Numbered from the stretch's first letter, positions 16,863 through 25,798 are shown. The stretch is DNA of 26,075 bases from a bacterium (GCA_046485285.1 JAWOHE010000101.1:1-26075), one strand, 5' to 3'. The notes: a model not told the origin generated them from the sequence alone. A program made the numbers and translations.

Positions 16863-18780
16863 CCTTGCGCGTCAGCGTCCCGCCCCCGGCCTGCAGGCTC
16901 AGCCAGTAGACGCCCGGCGCGAGCCCGCGCACGTCGAACCGGAGCTCGTGGCGGCCCGCCGCCCGCTGCCCGGCGAACAACACTGCCGCCCGCCGCCCGC
17001 CCGCGTCGTAGAGCATGACTTCGACCGGGCCGGGAGCGGGCAGGGCAAAGCGCACCCGGCCAGTGCCAGCAAGCGGATTCGGCCGCACCCCGTCGAGCCC
17101 GAGCGCAAACCGTGCCGGTTCGCCGCCGATGCCGCTCCCCGGCACGACATACACCGAGTCCTCGACCTTGTCGTCGGTCGGATCGTCGTCGCCGGCGAGC
17201 TCGGTCGAGCAGCGGGTCGGGTGGGTCCCCAACGCGAGCGCGGTCCATGGCGTGAAGTCAACCGTGTCGGTCGCCCCGGCGGCAAGCGTCACCGGCTGCG
17301 GGTCTGAATAGCCCGTGCCGATGCCGAACCGAACCGTGAACACTTCACTGCGGTCCCCGGTGTTGCGGACGATTGCCCGCGGCACGACCACCGCGCCCGA
17401 GTCGACCGTGTCCCGCGGCGCGAGGATCGCCAGCGCCGCGACGTTGTGGAGCGCAACCCGGGTCGTACAGTAGCGCGCGTCATTGGCCGGCGTCATGTCG
17501 CCCGCAAGCCGTGTCGAGCACGACACCGGGTAAGGGCCGGGCTGGGCCGGCGCCATCCAGGGCGGGAACCCGAGCGCCACTGGCGCCCCGGGCGCGTGCC
17601 CGGTGACGCCAAGCGTCGAGTCATACGCGGCGCCGATGCGCAGGCGGACTGTGTAGCTCTCGGGCGAGTTGCCATAGTTGTAAACGGTGCAGAGCGGCGC
17701 GACGATGAGCCCGCGGTCGACCAGCGCCGGCATCACCAGCGCGCTGACCCCGACGTCGTGGCGGGGCGGCGGGTTGTTGATGACCCTGACCGTCATGCTG
17801 TCCGTGACGGTGTTACCGTACTGGTCCGACGCGGTGACGAACACCCGGTACCGGCCGTCCGCGACCGCGGTGGTGTTCCAGCTCGCGAGCGAGTCGGTCG
17901 CCTCGATTGTCGAGTCGCCGTCGGTGTTGGTGAAGATGTAATAGAAGCGCCGGTTGAGCGAATCATAGTCGCACCGGGTCGGGCAGGTCGCGTCCTGCTT
18001 GTAGACCACGCGGGCCTGGGTCGCGGTGTAGGCGTCGAGCGAATCGCAGAACTCGAAGCCCCGGGTCGGCGGCACGACCGTGGCGCCGAGGCTGTCGCGG
18101 ATCGTGAAGACGATCTTGTAGACCGCGACCTTCCAGAGCCGGTGGTTGATGCGGTCTTCGAGCCGGCAGATCAGGTCAACGCTCCCGTGGACGCTGTCCT
18201 TGCTCTGGTAGTTCGGGCTGTTGTTGGCGCAGATCGCGAAGCGCTGGCCGGGGTAGGCGTCGAGGAAATTCGGCACGACCGAGTCGTTGTTCGGGACGAG
18301 GTCGAGCAGCGGGTTGCGGAAGAACCCGCCGTAGCCCTGCCAGATGACGCCCGAGTTCCGGTTCCAGGAGAAGTGATTGTGGTGGAAGCTCGCCACCGGC
18401 CAGTTCGAGACGAGGCCGAGGGTGTCGCCGACCCGGACCGTGTCGCCGTCCTGGACCCGAATCGTCGTGTTGTCGAGGTGGTAGTACATCAGCGCGTTGC
18501 AGAACCCCGCCCCGGCCGAGTCGCCGACCGTCACGCCATTGTAGAGCGGGCTCCCGCCGTACCACACCCGCTTGACGTACCCGGCCTTTATCGCGACGCA
18601 GGGCGCGAGCGAGGCGGTGATGATGTCCTGGCCGTTGTGGAGGTAGGGGAAGCCGCTGCCGTAGTACTGATAGCTGCCCCAGGCGTTGCCGATGTGGTGG
18701 GGGCTGTTCATCGGGTGGTGGGGCCAGGGCAGGCCGAGCGCCGGCCCGGCCAGGGCTGCCGCGAGCAGTGCCGCGCGCAT
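16846..18780 (-). CDS. secreted multidomain protein: M23-like metallopeptidase region, Ig/CARDB-like repeats, T9SS-CTD-like domain
   Basis: Signal peptide MRAALLAAALAGPALG. HNGQD (HxxxD), YYHLD...VQDGDTVRVGDTLG and HNH (HxH). Two HDVGV/HNVAA...VxNxG repeats. C-terminus PNP...LYDAGGR...LAPGVYW. Confidence 0.82.
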   Translation of the reverse strand: MRAALLAAALAGPALGLPWPHHPMNSPHHIGNAWGSYQYYGSGFPYLHNGQDIITASLAPCVAIKAGYVKRVWYGGSPLYNGVTVGDSAGAGFCNALMYYHLDNTTIRVQDGDTVRVGDTLGLVSNWPVASFHHNHFSWNRNSGVIWQGYGGFFRNPLLDLVPNNDSVVPNFLDAYPGQRFAICANNSPNYQSKDSVHGSVDLICRLEDRINHRLWKVAVYKIVFTIRDSLGATVVPPTRGFEFCDSLDAYTATQARVVYKQDATCPTRCDYDSLNRRFYYIFTNTDGDSTIEATDSLASWNTTAVADGRYRVFVTASDQYGNTVTDSMTVRVINNPPPRHDVGVSALVMPALVDRGLIVAPLCTVYNYGNSPESYTVRLRIGAAYDSTLGVTGHAPGAPVALGFPPWMAPAQPGPYPVSCSTRLAGDMTPANDARYCTTRVALHNVAALAILAPRDTVDSGAVVVPRAIVRNTGDRSEVFTVRFGIGTGYSDPQPVTLAAGATDTVDFTPWTALALGTHPTRCSTELAGDDDPTDDKVEDSVYVVPGSGIGGEPARFALGLDGVRPNPLAGTGRVRFALPAPGPVEVMLYDAGGRRAAVLFAGQRAAGRHELRFDVRGLAPGVYWLSLQAGGGTLTRKVTVRD

Positions 18781-19718
18781 CACTCCTCCTCCAGCCGCCA
18801 GGTCTCGACCTCATCCGGCCACTCGACAGCGAAGGTCCGCCCGGCGCCGAAGCGGACCCGCGGGGTCCGCGCGTTCCAGTTCTCGCGTACGGACTCGCTC
18901 CGCCACCGCTCGGCCCCGTCCGCGCCGAGGAGCAGGACCGCGCACCGGCCCTGGCTCTTGCCCAGCCCGACCAGCACTGGCCCGCCCGGGCCGGCGAGGT
19001 CGAGGCTGACCGGCTCCGGGTCGGTCGCGACCGGTCGCCAGTCCGCGACCTCGGCAAGGTCATCGGTCCGGAGCACCCGGAGGCCGTGGCGTTCGACCCA
19101 GCCGACGAGCCCGCCGTCCGGCGAGAGCGCGAGTTCCCGGATGAACCGCGTCGGCAAGGCCGCCCGGCCCCGGAGCTCGCAGTCGCGGTACAGCGCCAGC
19201 GTGTCGCCGCGTGTGACCGCGACCAGCCCGGCGTCGGCCGAGGCCGCGAACCGGTACGCCGGGCCGAGGTTGCCGAGCTCGCGCCCGGCCGCGCTGAACA
19301 CCACGAGGCCGGCCGCGCCGTCGTTGACGAGGAACCGGCTCCCGTCGGCCGAGAACGCCCGCTCGCCGTAGAAGCCGACCTCGGCCGTCCCGGTCTCGGT
19401 CCCGGCCGGGCCGAAGAACCTGAGCTGCGCCCGGCCCGACACCGGCCCGTCGAACGCCGCGCCGACGACCGCGCCCTGGTCGCTGATGTCGAGCACGGTC
19501 AGCCCCTCGCCGGGCCGGGAGTAGACCAGCCGGCCGCCGGCGTCGCGGAGCTCGAACCGCCGGAAGGGCACGAAGTCGCCGAGCCGGGCCTCGTGCTCGA
19601 CCTCGGCCCGGAACCGGCGCGACGGGGAATGAAACGTGCGTCCGTCAGCGGCCAGCGGCGCCCGGCCGACCGGCACCGGGCTCGCCGCCATCGCCGCGAC
19701 GATGATGAGTGCTGTCAT
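18780..19718 (-). CDS. secreted hypothetical protein, probable beta-propeller
   Basis: SD GAGGTGG precedes MTALIIVAAMAA. Repeated FSADGS/ASADAG/LSPDGG turns. TGATG coupling to the downstream gene. Confidence 0.75.
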   Translation of the reverse strand: MTALIIVAAMAASPVPVGRAPLAADGRTFHSPSRRFRAEVEHEARLGDFVPFRRFELRDAGGRLVYSRPGEGLTVLDISDQGAVVGAAFDGPVSGRAQLRFFGPAGTETGTAEVGFYGERAFSADGSRFLVNDGAAGLVVFSAAGRELGNLGPAYRFAASADAGLVAVTRGDTLALYRDCELRGRAALPTRFIRELALSPDGGLVGWVERHGLRVLRTDDLAEVADWRPVATDPEPVSLDLAGPGGPVLVGLGKSQGRCAVLLLGADGAERWRSESVRENWNARTPRVRFGAGRTFAVEWPDEVETWRLEEE

Positions 19719-19737
19719 TGGTGCCACCTCTCGGGAG

Positions 19738-19803
19738 ATTGTCGGCCGTTTGGCGGATTCGTCAAGCGGCGGTTCTTGACCCGCCCGCACCCGGCCGTAG
19801 GAT
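19738..19803. promoter_or_regulatory. back-to-back sigma70-like promoters
   Basis: Minus strand TTGACG (19765-19760), 16 nt, GACAAT (19743-19738). Plus strand TTGACC (19776-19781), 16 nt, TAGGAT (19798-19803). Confidence 0.7.
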
Positions 19804-19839
19804 GATGGCCTGTTTCCCGACCCGAAAGCGAGGCAGTTG

Positions 19840-21273
19840 ATGACGACAACCGACAAAGGCCTGCGGCGGATCCGCGCGCTCCGGCAGGAACTGGTCGGCC
19901 TCGACGTCGAGGTGCCGGTCCTCGGCGGCGGCCTGCGGCGCTACGTCACGCTCGACAGCGCGTCCTCGACCCCGACTTTCCGACCGGTGCTCGAGAAGGT
20001 CGACGAGTTCCTGCGCTACTACTCCAACGTCCACCGCGGCGAGGGCTACAAGAGCCAGTTCGCCTCGTGGGCGTTCGAGGAGGCGCGCGGCATCGTCGCC
20101 CGCTTCGTCGGCGCCGACCCGGACCACGACACCGTCATCTTCACCAGGAACACCACTGAGTCGATCAACAAGCTCGCCCGCATCTACCCGTTCCACAAGG
20201 ACCCGGTCGTCCTGACGACGCTGATGGAGCACCACTCCAACGACCTGCCGTGGCGCCGCCGCGCCGAGGTCGTCCACGCCGGGCTCAGGCCCGACGGCTC
20301 GCTCGACCTCGACGACTTCCGCGCCAGGCTCGCGCGCTGCCGCGGCCGGCTCGACCTCGTCGCCGTCACCGGCGCCTCGAACGTCACCGGCTGGGTCAAC
20401 GACATCCACCTGCTCGCCCGCCTCGCCCACGAGGTCGGCGCGAAGATCGTCGTCGACGCCGCCCAGCTCGGCCCGCACCGGCCCGTCGCGATGAAGCCGG
20501 CCGGCGACCCGGAGCACCTCGACTTCGTCGCCTTCAGCGGCCACAAGCTCTACGCGCCCTACGGCGTCGGCGCGCTCGTCGGCGACCGCGCCGCCCTGCT
20601 CGCGGCCGAGCCCGATAACGTCGGCGGCGGCACCGTCGACATCGTCACCACCGACTCGGCCTCGTGGCGGGACCTGCCCGAGCGCGAGGAGGCGGGCACA
20701 CCCGACATCGTCGGTGCGGTCGCGCTCGCCGCGGCAATCCGGCTCATCGAGTCGCTCGGCTGGCCGGCAATCATCGCGCACGAGGAGCGGCTGACGCGGC
20801 GCCTGCTCGAACGCCTCGCCGCCGTCCCGGGCCTGCGCATCCACGGCAAGACCCTCGCACCCGACATCTCCGACCGGCTCGGCGTCGTCGCCTTCAACCT
20901 CGGCGACCTGCCCCACGCCCTGGTCGCCGCCATCCTCAGCTACGAAGGCGGCATCGGCGTCCGCAACGGCTGCTTCTGCGCCCACCCCTACGTGCTCTGC
21001 CTGCTCGGGGTGTCCGAGGGCGAGGCCGAGGCGGTCCGCCGCGAGATAATCGGCCGCGACCGCAGCCGGGTGCCGGGCGCGGTTCGCGCGTCGATCGGCC
21101 TCCAGAGTGATGAGTCCGACGTCGACGCGCTCTGCGACTGCCTCGAGATGATTGCCGAAGACCGTCACGCCGGCCGCTACGAACTCTGCTGCGAAACCGG
21201 AGCCTGGCGACCGGCCGGCGAGCCGTGCTTCCGCTTCGCGGACCGCTTCTCGTTCGACCCGCGCCTGCCCTGA
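19840..21273 (+). CDS. aminotransferase class V PLP enzyme (SufS/CsdA-like cysteine desulfurase or selenocysteine lyase)
   Basis: Motifs LDSASSTP, YSNVHRG, NTTESIN, MEHHSNDLPW, ASNVTG, VDAAQ, SGHKLYAP (PLP Lys), EAGTP and RNGCFCAHPY. Confidence 0.92.
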   Translation: MTTTDKGLRRIRALRQELVGLDVEVPVLGGGLRRYVTLDSASSTPTFRPVLEKVDEFLRYYSNVHRGEGYKSQFASWAFEEARGIVARFVGADPDHDTVIFTRNTTESINKLARIYPFHKDPVVLTTLMEHHSNDLPWRRRAEVVHAGLRPDGSLDLDDFRARLARCRGRLDLVAVTGASNVTGWVNDIHLLARLAHEVGAKIVVDAAQLGPHRPVAMKPAGDPEHLDFVAFSGHKLYAPYGVGALVGDRAALLAAEPDNVGGGTVDIVTTDSASWRDLPEREEAGTPDIVGAVALAAAIRLIESLGWPAIIAHEERLTRRLLERLAAVPGLRIHGKTLAPDISDRLGVVAFNLGDLPHALVAAILSYEGGIGVRNGCFCAHPYVLCLLGVSEGEAEAVRREIIGRDRSRVPGAVRASIGLQSDESDVDALCDCLEMIAEDRHAGRYELCCETGAWRPAGEPCFRFADRFSFDPRLP

Positions 21274-21288
21274 ATCGCGCCGCCCGCG

Positions 21289-22962
21289 CTAGCGGGCGAC
21301 GACGACCGGCACGGCCCCGCCGCCGGCGCTCGCCCGGGCGTAGTAGACGCCCGCGGGCGCGAGCAGGCCGCGCTCGTCACGCCCGTCCCAGGTCGCTCGG
21401 CCCTTCCGCGCCAGGAGCGCCCGCACCAGCCGGCCGCAGGCGTCGCGGACCTCGACCCGGTTCTCGCGGCCAGCCGCGTGGATAACCAGCACCGACCCTC
21501 GCCGCACCGGGTTGGGGACCGCCGCGAGGTCGGCCCGCGCCGCCGGCCGGCCCGGCGCGGTCTCGACCGACTGGGGATACTGCTCGATCGGCCCGCGGGA
21601 CAGGAGCTCCCTGCCGGCGAGACCCGGGTAGTCGGCCTGGTAGCGGCGGACCTTGAACACCGAGTTCGAGTTGAGCGGTATCCGCTCGAACTGCCGCATC
21701 GGGCCGCGACTGTTGACCGGGCTGATGTAGCGCCAGACGACCCGGCCGTCGGGCGTCCCCTCGAAGAAATCGCCGGTCTCGCCCGAGCATATCAGCGTGT
21801 TGCCCGACGGCAGCCGCTGACAGCCGGATATCGTCGAGGAGTAGAACCGGATCGAGTCAGGGTCCCGGTAGGTCCAGACCGGCGCCGCCGGCCCGTAGGG
21901 CGCGCCCGGCTCGATGGTGTAATGCCCGGTCGAGTCGCAGGGCGGGACAATCTCGATGACCTCCGAGAAGGGCCCGGGGAAGCGACCGTAGCCGTTGTTG
22001 AATATCAGGATGTTCCCGGCCCCGGGCAGGCCGGGCGCGATCCACTCGATGTCGTGCGGGCCGTAGAGCTTCTCGTCGGACGGCAGGCCCCGCCGGTACG
22101 CGAACGGGTTGCCCCACCGGTAGAGCAGGTCGCCGCGGCGGCGCGCCTCCTCGGTCGTCGTCGAGTGGTCGATGACCCAGAGCTCGGAAAGCTGGCGGAC
22201 GCTGATGATCACCTGGTCGAGCTCGGCGTTGTAGGCCACGCTGTTCGAGTGGTTCCAGTCGGCGGGCGCGAACGACGAACCGTTGATGAAGTTGACGTCG
22301 ATCAGCTCGGGGTGGGCGGCGACGTCGCCGTAGTTCTCCCTGGTCGAGTCGAAATCCTGGATCAGGTGATCCCAGACGTGCCACTCCCAGACGATGCCGT
22401 TGGCCTCCGGGTCGAACTCGATGACGTGGTCCGGCCAGAGGCAGTTCTGGCTCAGCCGGGCGGGGTTGCGGCCGGCGGCCAGCGCCTCGTCGCGCGTCTT
22501 GTACTCCCAGGCCAGCATCAACACGTTGCCGTTCGGCAGTCGCGCGATGTCGTGGTGGAGGCAGTGCTGGGTGTTCGAGTAGTCGAAGGACCAGGCGACT
22601 TCGCCGTCCCAGTCGCGCGCCTCGACCCGGCCGCCCCTGCCGCCGCCGTAGAACGTCAGGTTGCCGAGGTCGTTGGTCCGGAGCAGGAGCCCGTCCTCGC
22701 CGAGGTACGCGGCGAGGCCGGGCTTGAGCGTCCCGGGCCAAGACTGGACGAGGTCGCCGTCCGGGTCAATCAGGTAGCTCTCGGTGTACGGCATCGGCGC
22801 GAAGAGCGTGTAGCCTTCCGACGCCTCCGCCTCGCGGAGAATCAGCCCCATCGTCCGGTCCTGGGCCCGGGCACTGCCCGGGACCGCCGCGAGCGCGGCA
22901 AGCAGTGTCAAGCCGAGGCAGACTGCGGCGGGCGTGCCGGTCATCGCCGGGCGTCCTCGCAT
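21289..22962 (-). CDS. secreted arylsulfotransferase (ASST)-family beta-propeller with FlgD-Ig/T9SS-CTD-like domain
   Basis: SD AAGGAG precedes ATG 22962, followed by a signal peptide. Motifs GYTLFAP, HHDIARLPNGN, WEWHVWDHL, DWNHSNS, IDHSTTTEEA, GDLLYRWGNP, FNNG and QRLPSGNTLI. C-terminus PNP...WDGRDERG...AGVYY. Confidence 0.88.
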   Translation of the reverse strand: MRGRPAMTGTPAAVCLGLTLLAALAAVPGSARAQDRTMGLILREAEASEGYTLFAPMPYTESYLIDPDGDLVQSWPGTLKPGLAAYLGEDGLLLRTNDLGNLTFYGGGRGGRVEARDWDGEVAWSFDYSNTQHCLHHDIARLPNGNVLMLAWEYKTRDEALAAGRNPARLSQNCLWPDHVIEFDPEANGIVWEWHVWDHLIQDFDSTRENYGDVAAHPELIDVNFINGSSFAPADWNHSNSVAYNAELDQVIISVRQLSELWVIDHSTTTEEARRRGDLLYRWGNPFAYRRGLPSDEKLYGPHDIEWIAPGLPGAGNILIFNNGYGRFPGPFSEVIEIVPPCDSTGHYTIEPGAPYGPAAPVWTYRDPDSIRFYSSTISGCQRLPSGNTLICSGETGDFFEGTPDGRVVWRYISPVNSRGPMRQFERIPLNSNSVFKVRRYQADYPGLAGRELLSRGPIEQYPQSVETAPGRPAARADLAAVPNPVRRGSVLVIHAAGRENRVEVRDACGRLVRALLARKGRATWDGRDERGLLAPAGVYYARASAGGGAVPVVVAR

Positions 22963-23061
22963 CTCTGGCTCCTTGTGGTTCGGTCAGCCGGCAGTCGCCC
23001 GCCCCGGGCCCGGCGCGCCGGAAGATTCCGGGGCGACGAGCTCCGGACAGATGGCCGCCTC

Positions 23062-23092
23062 AAACAACGAGCTGCGCCGTGCCGCGCAACTC
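23062..23092 (-). terminator. intrinsic terminator-like hairpin downstream of the VIT-vWA gene
   Basis: Minus strand GAGTTGCGC-GGCACG-GCGCAGCTC followed by GTTGTTT. Confidence 0.6.
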
Positions 23093-23104
23093 CACTCCTG
23101 ATTG

Positions 23105-23132
23105 ATTATCCCGGCCGGGGCCGCCCTGTCAA
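23105..23132 (-). promoter_or_regulatory. sigma70-like promoter overlapping the VIT-vWA stop codon
   Basis: Minus strand TTGACA (23132-23127), 16 nt, GATAAT (23110-23105). Confidence 0.55.
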
Positions 23133-25471
23133 TCACTGCCGCCCGACCAGGCTCGGAACGCCAGCACGACCTCGACGCTCGCCCCGCGGCCCGACCGGTT
23201 CTCGACCGCGAGCCCGCCGAGGATGCGCTTCATCGCCTCGCGCAGGCCCCTGCTCAATCCCGGCTTCGGGAATTCGATCCTCGTCACCTTGCCGTCCGCG
23301 CCGAATGCCAGCCGCACCGCCAGTTCGCCGGCAAACCCCGGCTGCGCCGCGAGCTCGGCCGCGTACGCCGCCTCGAGCTCGGCCAGCACCGCCTCGACCG
23401 CCGCCCTGACCCCGGCCTCGAGCCCGGCCGCGCCGACCGCCCCGACGCCTATCACCTTGACGCTCTTGACCGCCACCGCGCGTGCCGCGTCGGCCTCGGT
23501 CCGCTCCGGCTCGGCCGCGTCCAGCGGCCGGGCGGCGAGCCCGCCCCGCATCATCATCCCGGGCGCCAGCCCCATCTTGACCGACCCGCTGCCGACCGCG
23601 TAGTCCGACACGCCCTCGGGCAGCGGCAACGGCTGCCTGACTACCTCCGGCCGGCCGCCCCCGGTCCGCGCCTTCGTGTCAATCGCCACGAACGAGGTGT
23701 ACCGGGTCAGCAGGTTGTACTTGAGCCCGAGCGCGGTCACCTCCTTCGCCCGCTTGTCGTCGGACCGAATGTTGTCGTAGTCGCTGAGGAGCTGGATGCG
23801 GTGGCGAGCCCAGAGATAGCGCAGCGCCGCGTTCTTCGCGCCCGACGCGAACCGGCTCACCTCGAGCACCTGCCGGTAGCCGCCCCCGCCGCTCCGCCCG
23901 CTGACGACGATTCTTCCCTGCGGCCGGCCCCGGTACTTCCCGAAGACGATGACCGGCCGCTCCGCGAATACGTCCGGGACCCCGGCCGGCTCCACGTCGT
24001 AGACATCAAACCCCTCGAACCGGACCCGGACCCCGGTCAGCACCGGCGACGCGACGTACTTCCGGAACCGCTCCGCCTCGGCCGGGGCCGACCGCTCGTC
24101 GAGGACCACGAACGGCTCGCCCATCCCGACCCGCGCCATCCCCTCGACCAGGTGCCGGTTCACGCCCGAGCCGATCCCGAACGCGAACAGGTTGGCGTCG
24201 CCGAGGCTCTGCCGTATCAGGTCGAAAGCCTCGGCCTCGACGTCGACATAGCCGTCGGTCACCACGACGACCGAGCGCGACACCCCCGCGGCCCGCTCGA
24301 GGGCCAGCGCCCGCCTGAGCGCGGGCAGGAGCTCGGTCCCACCCCCGCCCCGCTGCTCCTCGATCAGCGCCAGCGCCCGGGCGACGTTCGCCTCGTTCGC
24401 GGCCGCCGACTTCTCGCCCATCACCGAATTGCCGCCCGCGAACAAGAGGACGTTGAACCGGTCGGTCGGCCGGAGCCCGGTGATCAGGTCGCGCAGCAGC
24501 TTCTTCGAGACCTCGAGCGGGAAGCCGTACATCGAGCCGGAGACGTCGACGATGAAGACGTACTCCCGGCCCGGGATGTTCTCCTTCGCGACCCGCCTCG
24601 GCGGCTGGACCATCGCCAGGAACAAGCTCTCCTCCTTGCCCGGGAACAGGAGCAGGCCGCTCTCGACCTTGCCCCCGGCCAGCCGGTAGCGCAGGACGAG
24701 ATCGCGGTTGCCGCCGTCCCTGCCGTCGCCGGCCAGCCGGCAGGTCGCCGTCGCCGGCCCGGCGTAGCTGATCTTCGTCCGGTGGCTCGGGCAGGTCATC
24801 TCGGCAATCGCCATCCCGGCCTCGAGCCTCACCCCGACGTCAAACCGGTACGGCGCGGCCTCGCCCTCGTGAAGGTGCGGGCTCTCGACCCAGCGGTCCG
24901 CGTCGCCCGCGCCCTTCGCCGGCTTGTTCGAGTAGCGCGGCCCGACCACCGCCGGATAGACGAACTCGTACACCCCCTCGACCGGCACCAGCAGCTCGGT
25001 GTAGGACAGCTCGACGACAATTGTGTCCCCGGGCAGGATGTTGCCGACGCTCATCTGGAAGACGTTCGGCCGCTCCTGTTCGAGCAGTGACGCGGTCCGG
25101 CCCTGCTCGAGCGCCTGCTCGTAGCTCTGCCGGGCCTGCTCCCGCTCCTGCACCTCGGCGACGATGACCCGCTCGCCGATGGTCATCTTCATCCCGTACA
25201 CCGCGGCCCGGGTCGAGGCCGGGAATACGTAGACCGCCTCGATCGGCTTCTTCCCCCCGTTCCGGTACTTCTGCACGACCCGCACGTCGGCAATCACGCC
25301 GGCGATGTCCGCCTCGGCGCTGGTCGAAATCAGCGGCAGTTTCTCGGTCGCGGAGTCTCCGCCCTTGACAACGAAATACGGTGAGAGCGTCCGGTCCTCA
25401 TCCGGCCCCGGCCCGGCGCTCACTGCGCCGGCGAGGGCCAGCGCGACGGCGAGCATCAGCGTCTTCGACAT
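23129..25471 (-). CDS. secreted VIT + von Willebrand A domain protein with C-terminal AgmX/PglI (TonB-C-like) domain
   Basis: SD GGAGG precedes MSKTLMLAVALALAG. VIT motifs IEAVYVFP and SLLEQERPNVF. MIDAS motifs DVSGS, GGGTE and TDGY. LLTRYTSFVAID. C-terminal GELAVRLAFGADGKV. Confidence 0.92.
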   Translation of the reverse strand: MSKTLMLAVALALAGAVSAGPGPDEDRTLSPYFVVKGGDSATEKLPLISTSAEADIAGVIADVRVVQKYRNGGKKPIEAVYVFPASTRAAVYGMKMTIGERVIVAEVQEREQARQSYEQALEQGRTASLLEQERPNVFQMSVGNILPGDTIVVELSYTELLVPVEGVYEFVYPAVVGPRYSNKPAKGAGDADRWVESPHLHEGEAAPYRFDVGVRLEAGMAIAEMTCPSHRTKISYAGPATATCRLAGDGRDGGNRDLVLRYRLAGGKVESGLLLFPGKEESLFLAMVQPPRRVAKENIPGREYVFIVDVSGSMYGFPLEVSKKLLRDLITGLRPTDRFNVLLFAGGNSVMGEKSAAANEANVARALALIEEQRGGGGTELLPALRRALALERAAGVSRSVVVVTDGYVDVEAEAFDLIRQSLGDANLFAFGIGSGVNRHLVEGMARVGMGEPFVVLDERSAPAEAERFRKYVASPVLTGVRVRFEGFDVYDVEPAGVPDVFAERPVIVFGKYRGRPQGRIVVSGRSGGGGYRQVLEVSRFASGAKNAALRYLWARHRIQLLSDYDNIRSDDKRAKEVTALGLKYNLLTRYTSFVAIDTKARTGGGRPEVVRQPLPLPEGVSDYAVGSGSVKMGLAPGMMMRGGLAARPLDAAEPERTEADAARAVAVKSVKVIGVGAVGAAGLEAGVRAAVEAVLAELEAAYAAELAAQPGFAGELAVRLAFGADGKVTRIEFPKPGLSRGLREAMKRILGGLAVENRSGRGASVEVVLAFRAWSGGSD

Positions 25472-25535
25472 TGGTAGCCTCCGGTTATGCCTGATATACC
25501 GGCCCTGTCCCCGGCCTATTCCGACGCCGTCCACC

Positions 25536-25782
25536 GTCATTTCGACCGAGCCCGAAGGGCGAGTGGAGAAATCCCTTTCCTGTCCCGGTTCCTAGTCCTC
25601 GTAGGAGCGACATCCCTGTCGCGATTCGGGGGACGCATTGCGGGCAGGACGAACATCTCGGCTGGAAGCCGCTCCCACATCCGATTCGCACCTTACGCGA
25701 GAGCCCGCACTCCGCAGGATGTCGCCGCCGCCCGTCATTCCGACCGAAGGGCCGCAGGCCCGGAGTGGAGGAATCCCTTTCC
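25536..25782. repeat. REP cluster: two GTCATT-type palindromic repeats flanking an inverted GTAG/GTGG REP pair (REPIN-like)
   Basis: GTCATTTCGACCGAG...GAGTGGAGAAATCCCTTTCC (25536-25580) and GTCATTCCGACCGAA...GAGTGGAGGAATCCCTTTCC (25734-25782). GTAGGAGCGACATCCCTGTCGCGA (25601-25624) and, on the minus strand, GTGGGAGCGGCTTCCAGCCGA (25678-25658). Confidence 0.8.
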
Positions 25783-25798
25783 GGCCCGTGCGGGCCGT

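Noticed and set aside
17446-25090. Long antisense or alternate-frame ORFs (e.g. 17446-19371, 19762-21168, 21478-23409, 23102-25090)
   Set aside because: These are shadow ORFs typical of high-GC coding DNA, with no motifs and lying opposite well-supported genes.
25494-25522. ECF-sigma promoter (minus strand GGAATA...GTATAT) for the VIT-vWA gene
   Set aside because: Plausible, but it is a single instance and no sigma factor gene is in the window to support it.
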